Origin: Eubacteriales bacterium
GTDB taxonomy: Bacteria > Bacillota > Clostridia > Acetivibrionales > JANLFN01
NCBI GenBank assembly: GCA_024655885.1
Contig: JANLFN010000005.1
Location: 11,660 to 75,659, forward strand
Reading direction: 5' to 3'
Length of the DNA stretch: 64,000 bases
This document shows positions 1 through 9,020 of the stretch, one piece after another. Under the pieces are notes generated by a model that was given only the letters and a program-made list of their open reading frames with translations, did no database searches and had not been told where the DNA came from. A program made the translations under genes and the position numbers. Position 1 is the first letter of the stretch. Each line of letters begins with the position of its first letter.

Positions 1-201
1 TTTGTTGTTGTCCAGCAGTTGGATAATGCTTTTATCTCGTCGAAAGTTATTGAAGGCAAAATGGGGCTTCATCCGGTGACCACGATTTTGGCCGTTTTGG
101 TGGGGGGAGAATTTTTCGGGATACCGGGAATGTTTATAGCCGTACCTGTGGTGGCCGTATTGAAGGTGATTGGGAGAAGGGTTATAGAGGCTGTGGTCTG
201 A
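1..201 (+). CDS. AI-2E family (PerM-like) permease, C-terminal fragment; gene starts upstream of the window
   Basis: Frame is open from base 1. The hydrophobic tail GLHPVTTILAVLVGGEFFGIPGMFIAVPVVAVLKVI resembles the last helices of UPF0118/AI-2E transporters. Stop at 199-201. Confidence 0.55.
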   Translation, partial: FVVVQQLDNAFISSKVIEGKMGLHPVTTILAVLVGGEFFGIPGMFIAVPVVAVLKVIGRRVIEAVV

Positions 202-407
202 CGCTGGGCAGGAAACAGTAGAATTTTGTCTTTCGTTATCTTTAATAGTTGACACTGTACCCATACTTATATATATTTATATTTATAATGAGTGAGGATA
301 TTCTATGCCCTCTTTGCCGGGTATAAAGTACATAACCGTTTTTAAATACTCGACAGCGGTGTGCGGACGGCAGCTTGCAGAAGTAAATTAAGATAAGGAG
401 AATTTTG

Positions 408-3050
408 ATGCAAAAGTTAGGTTTAAATGAATTACGAGAGAGGTTTTTAAGTTTTTTTGAAGGTAAGGACCATTTGCGCCTTCCGAGTTTTTCACTTATT
501 CCGCACAACGACCCCAGCCTTTTACTTATAAACTCGGGAATGGCTCCGCTAAAGCCTTATTTTACAGGTGCGGAACAGCCTCCGAGAACAAGGGTTACTA
601 CCTGCCAGAAGTGTATAAGGACCCCTGACATTGAAAACGTGGGCAAAACTGCAAGACACGGCACTTTTTTCGAGATGCTGGGGAACTTCTCCTTTGGAGA
701 TTATTTTAAATCGGAAGCCATTCCCTGGGCATGGGAGTTTGTTACCCAAGACTTAAAGCTCCCGGTGGACAGGCTTTGGGTTTCCATTTATGAACAGGAC
801 GATGAGGCCTTTGAGATATGGACCCGGGTGGTGGGGCTTCCACCCGAGAGAATAGTCAGGATGGGAAAGAAGGACAACTTCTGGGAGCACGGCACAGGCC
901 CCTGCGGACCCTGCTCGGAAATCTACTTCGACAGGGGGCCCGACAAGGGCTGCGGCAAGCCGGACTGCGTTGTAGGCTGCGACTGTGACAGGTATATTGA
1001 ATTTTGGAACCTTGTTTTTACCCAGTTTTACAGGCACGAGGACGGCAGCTACACAAAGCTGGCCAGGCCCAATATCGACACAGGGATGGGGCTTGAAAGG
1101 CTGGCCTGCATCATGCAGGATGTCAACAACCTCTTTGAAGTGGACACGGTAAGGAATATACTGAACAGTGTTTGCAAGACCGCAGGGGTGGAGTACGGGA
1201 ATTCCGAGAAGAATGACGTCTCCATCCGGGTTATTACCGACCATGTCCGCAGCACCACCATGATGGTCTCGGACGGTATCCTGCCGTCCAACGAGGGCAG
1301 GGGCTATGTATTGAGGAGGCTTTTAAGAAGGGCTGCAAGACATGGGAAACTCCTGGGCATCCACAGGCCTTTCCTGTATGAGATTGCGGCGGTGGTAATA
1401 AATGAATCCAAGCAGGCCTATCCGGAGCTTCTGGAAAAGTCCGGCTATATTCAAAAGGTTATACGGATTGAGGAGGAAAGATTTGATGCAACCGTTGACC
1501 AGGGCCTGAGTATTATAAATGAATTTATCAGGGAAGTTAAGGCGAAAAATGAAACCGCCCTTCCGGGAACCATGGTTTTCAAGCTTCACGATACCTACGG
1601 CTTTCCCCTGGATCTGACAAGGGAGATAGCCCAGGAAAACGGACTTGCCGTGGATGACGAAGGCTTCAGGGTGGAGATGGAGGAGCAGAGGAAAAAGGCC
1701 CGTGAGGCATTGAAGAACAAAGGCGGTTCTGCCTGGGATGAGGATGCATATTCCAAGCTGGATAAAAACCTTGTCACCCGGTTCGTAGGCTATGACCGGA
1801 GCGAGTGCGATGCCTCTGTCCTATATATTGTAAAGGACGACGCAGTGGTTGAGAATGCCCAGGAGGGTGACGAGGTCACCCTGATCCTGGACAGCACCCC
1901 CTTTTATGCCGAAAGCGGCGGCCAGGTGGGAGATACGGGCTTTATAGAGGGCAAAGACGGAATTGCCAGGGTAAATGACTGCAAAAAGACGGCGGATGGA
2001 AAGTACCTGCATACAGGAGTAATTGAAAAAGGAATAATTGAAAAACACAGCAGGGTAACAGCCAGAATCGATACCGCAAGAAGAATGGCCATTGCCAGGA
2101 ACCATACGGCTACGCACCTGCTCCAGAAGGCTTTGAGAAACGTAATAGGCGACCATGTGACACAGGCCGGGTCCCTTGTGGAACCGGACAGGCTCCGGTT
2201 TGACTTCACTCATTTTTCTCCTGTGGAGGGTGAGGCCCTTAAAAAGGTGGAAGATGAGGTTAACGACAGGATATTGGAGAACCTGCGCGTGGAAGTGAAG
2301 GAAATGCCTCTGGAAGAAGCCAGGAAGCTGGGAGCCATGGCCCTATTCGGTGAAAAATACGGCAGCGTGGTAAGACTGGTGAAAATAGGGGATTACAGCC
2401 TGGAGCTCTGCGGGGGGACCCATCTTGAGTCCACATCCCAGGCAGGACTCATAAAGATTCTGGGGGAATCGGGTGTGGCGGCAGGAGTAAGAAGAATTGA
2501 AGCGCTTACAGGGAAAGCTGCCATTGAGTACTATGCCGACAGGGAAAGGCTGTTGCTTGAAGTTGCGGCAACTTTAAAGGCCAGTCCCCGGGACAGCCTG
2601 AAAAAAATTGAAGCCCTGAATGCGGAAATTAAAAATGCCGGCAGGGAGCTGGAGCAGTTGAGAAACAAGCTGGTGGACGGAGAAATAGACCAGCTGGTGT
2701 CAAAGGCTGTGGATGTCAAGGGAGTCAAGGTGCTTGCCGGCCGGTTTGACCAGATGGACATGGAGGCCTTGAGAAACACGGGCGATAGGCTGAAAAACAG
2801 GCTGGGACCGGGAGTGGTGGTAGTGGCTGCCCCCCACGGCGATAAGGTGAATTTTGTTGTAATGGCTTCGAAGGAGGCTGTTGAAAAGGGAGTGCATGCG
2901 GGAAACGCCATAAGGGAAATCGCCAAAATTGCGGGCGGCGGCGGCGGTGGACGCCCCGACATGGCCCAGGCAGGGGGAAAGGATGTCTCAAAAATCGATG
3001 AGGCGCTCAAGCATTCCGTCAAAGTTGTGGAGGCACAGGTGAAAGGCTGA
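408..3050 (+). CDS. alaS: alanine--tRNA ligase
   Basis: 880-aa ORF with a class II AlaRS N-terminus ([19 protein letters not shown]), the editing-domain HTATHLL motif and a [15 protein letters not shown]-terminal tail. AGGAG lies 7 nt before ATG 408. The track start at 405 is an in-frame TTG one codon earlier. Confidence 0.97.
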   Translation: MQKLGLNELRERFLSFFEGKDHLRLPSFSLIPHNDPSLLLINSGMAPLKPYFTGAEQPPRTRVTTCQKCIRTPDIENVGKTARHGTFFEMLGNFSFGDYFKSEAIPWAWEFVTQDLKLPVDRLWVSIYEQDDEAFEIWTRVVGLPPERIVRMGKKDNFWEHGTGPCGPCSEIYFDRGPDKGCGKPDCVVGCDCDRYIEFWNLVFTQFYRHEDGSYTKLARPNIDTGMGLERLACIMQDVNNLFEVDTVRNILNSVCKTAGVEYGNSEKNDVSIRVITDHVRSTTMMVSDGILPSNEGRGYVLRRLLRRAARHGKLLGIHRPFLYEIAAVVINESKQAYPELLEKSGYIQKVIRIEEERFDATVDQGLSIINEFIREVKAKNETALPGTMVFKLHDTYGFPLDLTREIAQENGLAVDDEGFRVEMEEQRKKAREALKNKGGSAWDEDAYSKLDKNLVTRFVGYDRSECDASVLYIVKDDAVVENAQEGDEVTLILDSTPFYAESGGQVGDTGFIEGKDGIARVNDCKKTADGKYLHTGVIEKGIIEKHSRVTARIDTARRMAIARNHTATHLLQKALRNVIGDHVTQAGSLVEPDRLRFDFTHFSPVEGEALKKVEDEVNDRILENLRVEVKEMPLEEARKLGAMALFGEKYGSVVRLVKIGDYSLELCGGTHLESTSQAGLIKILGESGVAAGVRRIEALTGKAAIEYYADRERLLLEVAATLKASPRDSLKKIEALNAEIKNAGRELEQLRNKLVDGEIDQLVSKAVDVKGVKVLAGRFDQMDMEALRNTGDRLKNRLGPGVVVVAAPHGDKVNFVVMASKEAVEKGVHAGNAIREIAKIAGGGGGGRPDMAQAGGKDVSKIDEALKHSVKVVEAQVKG

Positions 3051-3171
3051 GGCGAAAGCTTGTTTTAAAGCATGCCGGGAAATTCAGCTGTAAGGCGCTT
3101 TATTATGGAGTTTTGCTATAGCCGAATCATTTTTGCTGTAGATATGGAAAATTGTGCAAGGAGGAAGGATT

Positions 3172-3516
3172 ATGGAGGATTGTATTTTTTGCAAAATCAT
3201 AGACGGGAAGATTCCGGCCACAGTGGTGTACGAAGACGACAGGGTTATAGCCTTTCGCGATATTCAGCCTGTAGCTCCGGTGCATGTGCTGATTGTGCCG
3301 AAACAGCATATACAGAGTATCAGAGAAATAAATGAAAACAATGGGAGCTGCTTAATTGATATTCATATGGCGGCAAACAAAGTAGCCGAAAAATTGGGCA
3401 TATGGGACAAAGGGTACAGGTTGATCAACAACTGCGGAGCCGACGCAGGACAAACGGTGCTTCATCTTCATTACCACCTGATCGGAGGTATGGCCATGGG
3501 CCCAAAGATTATCTGA
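3172..3516 (+). CDS. HIT (histidine triad) family nucleotide hydrolase
   Basis: CIFCKI N-terminus, HVLIVPKQHI and the histidine triad HLHYHLIGG. GGAGGAAGG SD precedes ATG 3172; the track ORF starts at upstream GTG 3154. Confidence 0.9.
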   Translation: MEDCIFCKIIDGKIPATVVYEDDRVIAFRDIQPVAPVHVLIVPKQHIQSIREINENNGSCLIDIHMAANKVAEKLGIWDKGYRLINNCGADAGQTVLHLHYHLIGGMAMGPKII

Positions 3517-3555
3517 CAGGGATGGGAACATTCCCCGCTTAAAATCAATTATGTA

Positions 3556-3585
3556 TTGACACAATTTTAAAAATTAATATATAAT
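3556..3585 (+). promoter_or_regulatory. sigma-A type promoter for rpsU-yqeY
   Basis: TTGACA (3556-3561), 18-nt spacer, TATAAT (3580-3585), about 100 nt upstream of rpsU. Confidence 0.5.
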
Positions 3586-3684
3586 ATAGTGTGTGCTGTA
3601 TTAGCTTGGTTCCCAAATGGAATTTACAACAGAAAATGTAGCTTATTCCCGGCACAATTGTTACCATCGGAGGGAGGGAAGTAC

Positions 3685-3861
3685 GTGTCTGAAGTTAGAG
3701 TAAAAGAAAACGAATCACTGGATAGTGCTCTTAAGAGATTTAAAAGACAATGCGCTAAGGCGGGCGTTTTGGCAGAAGTAAGAAAAAGGGAGCATTATGA
3801 AAAACCAAGTGTAAAGCGAAAAAAGAAATCTGAAGCTGCAAGAAAAAGGAAATTTAAATAA
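3685..3861 (+). CDS. rpsU: 30S ribosomal protein S21
   Basis: 58-aa product [57 protein letters not shown] is a typical bS21. GTG 3685 is preceded by GGAGGGAAG. The longer track ORF from 3589 has no SD. Confidence 0.95.
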   Translation: MSEVRVKENESLDSALKRFKRQCAKAGVLAEVRKREHYEKPSVKRKKKSEAARKRKFK

Positions 3862-3875
3862 GAGAGGATTTGTTT

Positions 3876-4319
3876 ATGTCTCTTAAAGAAAAACTGCTGG
3901 AAGATATGAAAACCGCTATGAGAGAGAAGGACAGCATCAGGAAGAACGCGGTCCAAATGGTGAGGTCGGCAGTGCTTCAGGTAGAAAAAGACAGTAAAGT
4001 AACCCTTGACGATGATGGTATAATCGAAGTAATAGCAAAAGAAGTAAAGAAGCGCAGGGATTCCCTGCCTGAATATGAGAAAAGCGGCAGACAGGATCTG
4101 GTGGATGAGTTGAAATCTGAGATTGAAGTGCTGATGCAATACCTGCCGCAGCAACTGACCGAAGAGGAGCTTGAAGAAATAGTAAAGCAGGCGGTTCAAA
4201 GCACCGGAGCGAATTCGGTCAGAGATATCGGAAAGGTCATGCAGGCAGTTCTGCCCAAGGTTAAAGGCAGGGCGGACGGTAAGTTGGTAAACCAAATAGC
4301 TAAGAAAATTTTAGGATAA
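3876..4319 (+). CDS. yqeY: GatB/YqeY domain-containing protein
   Basis: MSLKEKLLEDMKTAMREKD...EYEKSGRQDL...AKKILG is the YqeY-like pattern, and its position after rpsU matches Firmicute synteny. ATG 3876 follows GAGAGG. Confidence 0.88.
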   Translation: MSLKEKLLEDMKTAMREKDSIRKNAVQMVRSAVLQVEKDSKVTLDDDGIIEVIAKEVKKRRDSLPEYEKSGRQDLVDELKSEIEVLMQYLPQQLTEEELEEIVKQAVQSTGANSVRDIGKVMQAVLPKVKGRADGKLVNQIAKKILG

Positions 4320-4344
4320 AAAGCTCGAGAAATCGAGCTTTTTT
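4318..4344. terminator. bidirectional intrinsic terminator shared by convergent yqeY and the TIR gene
   Basis: AAGCTCGA (4321-4328), GAAA loop, TCGAGCTT (4333-4340). An A-run lies 5' and a T-run 3', so it reads as hairpin plus U-tract on both strands. Confidence 0.7.
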
Positions 4345-4352
4345 AATTGCTT

Positions 4353-5489
4353 TTACAACAGTTCCATGAGCTCCCAGAACTTTTTGGATTCAATCTTGGC
4401 ACGCATTTCAAACCTTTCCTCAAAATATTCATGGAATTCACTTCCTGCGGAGGACAGGAACGTGTTGAATATTTCAAGGGACCTTAACGCCTTTTTTACT
4501 TCCGGGTCCTTTAAATTCAGGGCGACAGAGTTTCCCTCCATTATCAAATAGTCGTTTTCCGCAGCTTCAATAATACAATTTCTTTCGCTTGGGTTATCGG
4601 CATCCGGTAAAAAATCCTTCCCGATAAAATGGTAGTATAAAAGCTTCCGCACAATCCAGGGAAGCCTTTTTACCCTATTCAACAAATCCTCCGCCAAGAT
4701 ATCGAAGTATTCAAAATCATCCACCGGATGACCCCAGGCATTAAAAGAGGATTCTGCTTTTATAGTTTTTTCCACACTGTCTGTTTTTTCGTTTAGCCGC
4801 ACCATTCCTCCATGAAGGCCAATTCTGGGCGCTTTTGCATAGTATTTTCCGTGGAGCGAATTCCGGCTTCTTATATTTTCAAGCTGGGCAATTTTGATTT
4901 CCGGCTTTGGTATTTCCCACGGCTTTTCTTCTGCCGGGTCATTGACCCTATCGGCTTGCTGGCTTTTTGCCCATAAATGTCCGTCCGGCTTGTAGAGAAC
5001 ATGGGAATCATTTCCGATCAGTTTGCTAATTTCATTTAAAAATCTGTCTCTTTTTCGCTCCCACCTGTTTAAATCAAAATCATTAATGTGGAATGCCTCT
5101 CTAATTCTGCTGCACAGGGAATTCAGTTTTGCCCTGTCGTTGATCATAAGGCCCTGGGTTGTTGAAATGACGCCTTGGATGTCGGAGAGGGAAAGGGGAG
5201 GAATGAGGATGGGTATGTGCAGGTTTGTTTTTATCCAGGTGGCCCCCATTTCGCAAAGGCAGAAGGGACTGGAGTAAAAGTGCCTTGACAGCATAAACAG
5301 GACCATGACTTCTTCACTCAGTTCATTTCTCAAACGCTCCAGGAAATTCTCACCCAGGGGGATTCCGTAGCCTTCCAGCGACGAACAGAAGATGTTTTCT
5401 GACGGAAGACCCATATTTTCCAGTAAGTCGATCATGTGCTCCACCAATTTCCTGTCATAAGATGAATGGCTTATAAATATTTTTTTCAT
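4353..5489 (-). CDS. TIR-domain protein with uncharacterised about 240-aa C-terminal domain
   Basis: 378 aa. The N-terminal roughly 135 aa show bacterial TIR hallmarks: beta-A KKIFISHSSYD, then LFMLSRHFYSSPFCLCE with the putative catalytic Glu at residue 80. I recognise no motif in the C-terminal part and see no TM segments. Sampled lines are about 33-45% GC against about 50-57% in the neighbours. Confidence 0.75.
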   Translation of the reverse strand: MKKIFISHSSYDRKLVEHMIDLLENMGLPSENIFCSSLEGYGIPLGENFLERLRNELSEEVMVLFMLSRHFYSSPFCLCEMGATWIKTNLHIPILIPPLSLSDIQGVISTTQGLMINDRAKLNSLCSRIREAFHINDFDLNRWERKRDRFLNEISKLIGNDSHVLYKPDGHLWAKSQQADRVNDPAEEKPWEIPKPEIKIAQLENIRSRNSLHGKYYAKAPRIGLHGGMVRLNEKTDSVEKTIKAESSFNAWGHPVDDFEYFDILAEDLLNRVKRLPWIVRKLLYYHFIGKDFLPDADNPSERNCIIEAAENDYLIMEGNSVALNLKDPEVKKALRSLEIFNTFLSSAGSEFHEYFEERFEMRAKIESKKFWELMELL

Positions 5490-5680
5490 AAGCTTACAGA
5501 ACTCCTTTAAATCATTAAATTCTCGTGTTCCACCCTATTGCAGTCTATAGCTTGCTGATTTAAAGTCCGTAAAAATCCATATTTAAAGCTTCATTCATTC
5601 TTCTATGAAAGAGCGAAATATTCAATTGGCATTAAACAAGAACAAATGTATGTATTTATAGGGTTATTTTGTCTACATCT

Positions 5681-5689
5681 ATTATACCA
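5681..5689 (-). promoter_or_regulatory. extended -10 promoter (TGGTATAAT on minus strand) upstream of the TIR gene
   Basis: The reverse complement of 5681-5689 reads TGGTATAAT, about 190 nt upstream of the TIR start. There is no good -35, as is usual for extended -10 promoters. Confidence 0.35.
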
Positions 5690-5713
5690 AAAAAAAACAA
5701 ATAAGTATATAAA

Positions 5714-5745
5714 TAAAAAAAATAGGGCTGTGAAACTATCCCTAT
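5714..5745 (-). terminator. weak orphan terminator-like hairpin (minus-strand orientation)
   Basis: ATAGGG (5722-5727) pairs with CCCTAT (5740-5745). On the minus strand this is followed by a T8 run, the complement of the A-run at 5715-5722. The stem is only 6 bp, so the call is weak. Confidence 0.3.
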
Positions 5746-5825
5746 ATGATTTTATGTAAATATGCCAAAGTCTCCGAGAATGTGATAAAATAATAACATC
5801 CGTTACTATTTTACTGACAAAAAAA

Positions 5826-5854
5826 TTGTACTATTCATATAAATACTTTATAAT
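5826..5854 (+). promoter_or_regulatory. sigma-A type promoter for recJ operon
   Basis: TTGTAC (5826-5831), 17-nt spacer, TATAAT (5849-5854). The leader contains the GC palindrome AAGCCCGCGGGCTT (about 5891-5904). Confidence 0.45.
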
Positions 5855-5962
5855 ATAACTAATTTAGGGTGGGCAGCGTTTTTAAAACCGGAAGCCCGCG
5901 GGCTTTTGAAAGCTTGCGGCCGGTATCATGATTCGCTGCCTGGTGGCTGCAGGTGTGATTTT

Positions 5963-8458
5963 ATGATTCCGAACAAAATATGGATTTACCATAATTCCCC
6001 CGAGATAAAGATGGGTGATTTAGCTGTGAAAGCCGGAATTCATCCTCTTATCGCGAAAATATTTCAAAACAGGGGAATAGGAGACATAGACTATATAAAA
6101 AAATACTTATACCCGTCACTGGATGAGCTCCATGACCCTTTTTTGCTTAAGGACATGGATAAGGCTGTAGACAGGATCATAAATGCCGTGAACGGCGGCG
6201 AAAGCATTGTAATTTACGGTGATTACGACGTGGACGGGATAACAGCCACATCCATCCTCTATCACTTTTTAACAAGGCTGAAGGCAAAGGTGGAATACTA
6301 TATTCCCGACAGGATGGATGAGGGCTACGGACTTTCCATGAGCGGAATGGACAGGATACTGGAGGCAAATGCTTCCCTGATTATTACTGTTGACTGCGGA
6401 ATCACCGCTGTTGAGGAAGTAAAGTATATAAAAAGCAAAAATGTGGATGTCATCATTACCGACCATCACAGGTGCAAGGAAGAACTGCCTGATGCCCTTG
6501 CCGTGGTGAATCCCACCCGGCCCGACTGTGAATATCCCTTTAAAGGACTTGCAGGTGTAGGGGTAGCTTATAAGCTGCTGGATGCACTGTGCATAAAAAT
6601 GGGCCTGGGCGACCTTTGCCGGGAATATCTTGATCTGGTGGCCATAGGAACAGTGGCCGATATAGTGCCGCTGGTGGACGAGAACAGGATTATAGCCAAA
6701 TTTGGAATCCCTGTCATTGAAAACAGCGGCAATCTTGGGCTGCGTGTCCTTATGGAAAGCTGCGGCCTTGATAATAAGCCGGTTACATCCTATACCATAG
6801 GGTTCATGCTGGCACCCAGGATCAATGCGGCAGGAAGGGTGGGGGACGCCCGAAGAGCGGTGGAGCTGTTTAATACCCGTGACAGGGAGAAGGCCCTTGA
6901 TCTGGCACTGGAATTAAACGATGAAAACAGGTACCGGCAGGACATGGAAGGGGATATTTTTCAGCAGGCTCTGAGTTTTATAGATTCAAATATTGACCTT
7001 GACAGGGAAAAGGTTATTGTGGTTGCGGGAGAAGGCTGGCATGCCGGGGTGATAGGAATTGTGGCCTCCAGGATAACCGAAAGGTATTACAGGCCGTGCA
7101 TCCTCATAACAAACGAAGAAGGCATGGGAAAGGGGTCGGGAAGAAGCATCCAGGGCTTTAACATATTTGACGCACTCGAGCACTGCGAGGACCTGCTGGA
7201 AAAGTACGGGGGCCACGAACTGGCGGCAGGCTTGTCCCTGAAGATTGAAAACGTCCCTGAATTCCGGAAAAGGATCAATGCCTATGCGGATGCGGTTTTA
7301 ACCGAGTATGAGCTGACACCCAAGCTTAAGATAGATGCCGTAATCGGCAGGGAAGACGTGAATGTGGAAACCGTTGAGGCAATTGAGGCATTAGCCCCCT
7401 TTGGTCCGGGAAATCCTGCTCCTCTGTTTTTATATAATAACCTGAAGGCCAGTGACATCAGAACCGTAGGTGAGGGCAAAAAGCACCTGAAGCTTAAGCT
7501 GTGGGAGGATGAATTTCATATAGACGCCATCGGATTCAATATGGGAGAGGCGGCCGGAAGCTTTAAATGCGGCGATGCACTGGATGTGGTATGCACCATG
7601 GAAATTAATACATGGAACCTGGTTGAAAGGGTGCAGTTGAATATAAAAGACTTAAGGCATGAGATGTATTCCACTGTTGAAAACATGTACTTTTACAGCC
7701 TGGATCAGTGCCTGGACACTTCTTCCTTATGCGGGAGAAGCGGGGATGTGGATTTACAGGCGGAATGGAATGATACCATAAGCAGCCGGGAGGATCTATT
7801 TAAAGTGCTGTCCGAGCCGAAAGCGCTGGGTGGGAAAACGGCACTGCTGGTGAATTCCCTGGCCCATGTAAAAACAGTGGTGGAAAGGCTGGAGGGATCG
7901 GGAGAGGATTTTAAAAGGATTTGCAGCATCGGCTACGGAGATTTCAGCTGTAAAAACAGCACCCCGGTGAATATTATTGTTAACCCCGACCCCCGGAAAA
8001 TTCCCTTTGACCGCATTGACAGGGTCATCCTCTATGGGGACTGGGTCAGTGAGAATTACCTTTCCTGCATTTTAAAAAAAGCAGGCTGCAGTAAAATCTT
8101 TTTTTACGGGGAGTCGGGAAGGATTCGTTTCAAAAAGGATGAAATCATACCGGAGCGCAGCGACCTGGCTGCAATATACCGGTATCTGAAGGCAAATTAT
8201 AAAAATGAAATCCGGGTGGAAAACCTTTTTGCCCTAGCCGGAAGGATCGGAGACAGCTACAGGATCAGAATGAATTATTTCAAGCTAAAAAAAGGGTTGG
8301 GTATTCTTGAGGAAGTCGGTATTATTAAAGGGGAGCCCTTTGGCCGGCAGGGCATGACCTTAAAGATTTTAAACAATGGGAAGGCAAAAGTAAGCCTGGA
8401 CAGTTCGAGGCTGTTCAGGGGACTTCAGGCTTTAAAGGCCCAAATCAAAGATAAATAA
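5963..8458 (+). CDS. recJ: single-stranded-DNA-specific exonuclease RecJ
   Basis: DHH family motifs VIYGDYDVDGITA, ITVDCG and IITDHH, plus the DHHA1 motif GGHELAAG. ATG 5963 gives MIPNKIW...; the track ORF starts 19 codons earlier at a TTG without homology support. Confidence 0.93.
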   Translation: MIPNKIWIYHNSPEIKMGDLAVKAGIHPLIAKIFQNRGIGDIDYIKKYLYPSLDELHDPFLLKDMDKAVDRIINAVNGGESIVIYGDYDVDGITATSILYHFLTRLKAKVEYYIPDRMDEGYGLSMSGMDRILEANASLIITVDCGITAVEEVKYIKSKNVDVIITDHHRCKEELPDALAVVNPTRPDCEYPFKGLAGVGVAYKLLDALCIKMGLGDLCREYLDLVAIGTVADIVPLVDENRIIAKFGIPVIENSGNLGLRVLMESCGLDNKPVTSYTIGFMLAPRINAAGRVGDARRAVELFNTRDREKALDLALELNDENRYRQDMEGDIFQQALSFIDSNIDLDREKVIVVAGEGWHAGVIGIVASRITERYYRPCILITNEEGMGKGSGRSIQGFNIFDALEHCEDLLEKYGGHELAAGLSLKIENVPEFRKRINAYADAVLTEYELTPKLKIDAVIGREDVNVETVEAIEALAPFGPGNPAPLFLYNNLKASDIRTVGEGKKHLKLKLWEDEFHIDAIGFNMGEAAGSFKCGDALDVVCTMEINTWNLVERVQLNIKDLRHEMYSTVENMYFYSLDQCLDTSSLCGRSGDVDLQAEWNDTISSREDLFKVLSEPKALGGKTALLVNSLAHVKTVVERLEGSGEDFKRICSIGYGDFSCKNSTPVNIIVNPDPRKIPFDRIDRVILYGDWVSENYLSCILKKAGCSKIFFYGESGRIRFKKDEIIPERSDLAAIYRYLKANYKNEIRVENLFALAGRIGDSYRIRMNYFKLKKGLGILEEVGIIKGEPFGRQGMTLKILNNGKAKVSLDSSRLFRGLQALKAQIKDK

Positions 8459-8476
8459 GCAGGAGGGAGAAAAAGG

Positions 8477-8992
8477 ATGGATATCAAATCCAAGTTAAGG
8501 CATGTGATGAACTTCCCGACGGAAGGAATCGACTTTATTGACATTACTACCGTACTGCAGGATGCACAAGCACTGAGGGAAAGTCTTGACGGTATGAAGA
8601 AGAAAATTGAGGAGATAGGGGAATTTGACCTGATTGTTGGGCCCGAATCCAGGGGTTTTATTTTTGGTGCCCCCCTGGCATACATAACAGGAAAGGGATT
8701 TGTGCCCATAAGAAAGAAAGGAAAGCTGCCCTATAAAACCGTAAGCATTGAATACCAGCTGGAATACGGTACCGACACCCTGGAAATCCATGAGGATGCA
8801 ATAAAGCCGGGGCAAAAGGTGATAATCGTGGATGACCTGCTGGCTACAGGCGGGACGTCACAGTCCAACATCAAGCTTGTGGAAATGCTGGGCGGACAGG
8901 TGGCAGGACTGGTTTACCTGGTTGAACTCACCTTTTTAAACGGGCGTGAAAAATTAAAAGGATTCAAGGTGGATTCCATTGTACAATTTTAA
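8477..8992 (+). CDS. apt: adenine phosphoribosyltransferase
   Basis: 171 aa with PRPP-binding loop VIIVDDLLATGGT and FPTEGIDFIDIT near the N-terminus. GGAGGGAG SD. Confidence 0.95.
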   Translation: MDIKSKLRHVMNFPTEGIDFIDITTVLQDAQALRESLDGMKKKIEEIGEFDLIVGPESRGFIFGAPLAYITGKGFVPIRKKGKLPYKTVSIEYQLEYGTDTLEIHEDAIKPGQKVIIVDDLLATGGTSQSNIKLVEMLGGQVAGLVYLVELTFLNGREKLKGFKVDSIVQF

Positions 8993-9020
8993 GCCCACAG
9001 ACGTTTTGACGGAGGGTCTC

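Noticed and set aside
242-404. Possible T-box or other leader upstream of alaS
   Set aside because: Only a TTGACA/TATATT-type promoter and a short leader are visible. There is no GGTGGTACCGCG-like T-box sequence and no terminator/antiterminator pair.
4353-5489. Interpreting the TIR gene as the ThsB component of a Thoeris system
   Set aside because: No ThsA-like (SIR2/Macro-SLOG) gene or any other partner lies within the surrounding 5 kb. Both neighbours are conserved housekeeping genes, so it is treated as a stand-alone TIR gene.
5745-5900. Tiny minus-strand ORFs (10 and 15 codons, e.g. MLLFYHILGDFGIFT) upstream of the orphan terminator, considered as a type I toxin or leader peptide
   Set aside because: They are too short, have no SD, and nothing beyond position supports them. 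The region is kept only as a possible sRNA region in the findings.
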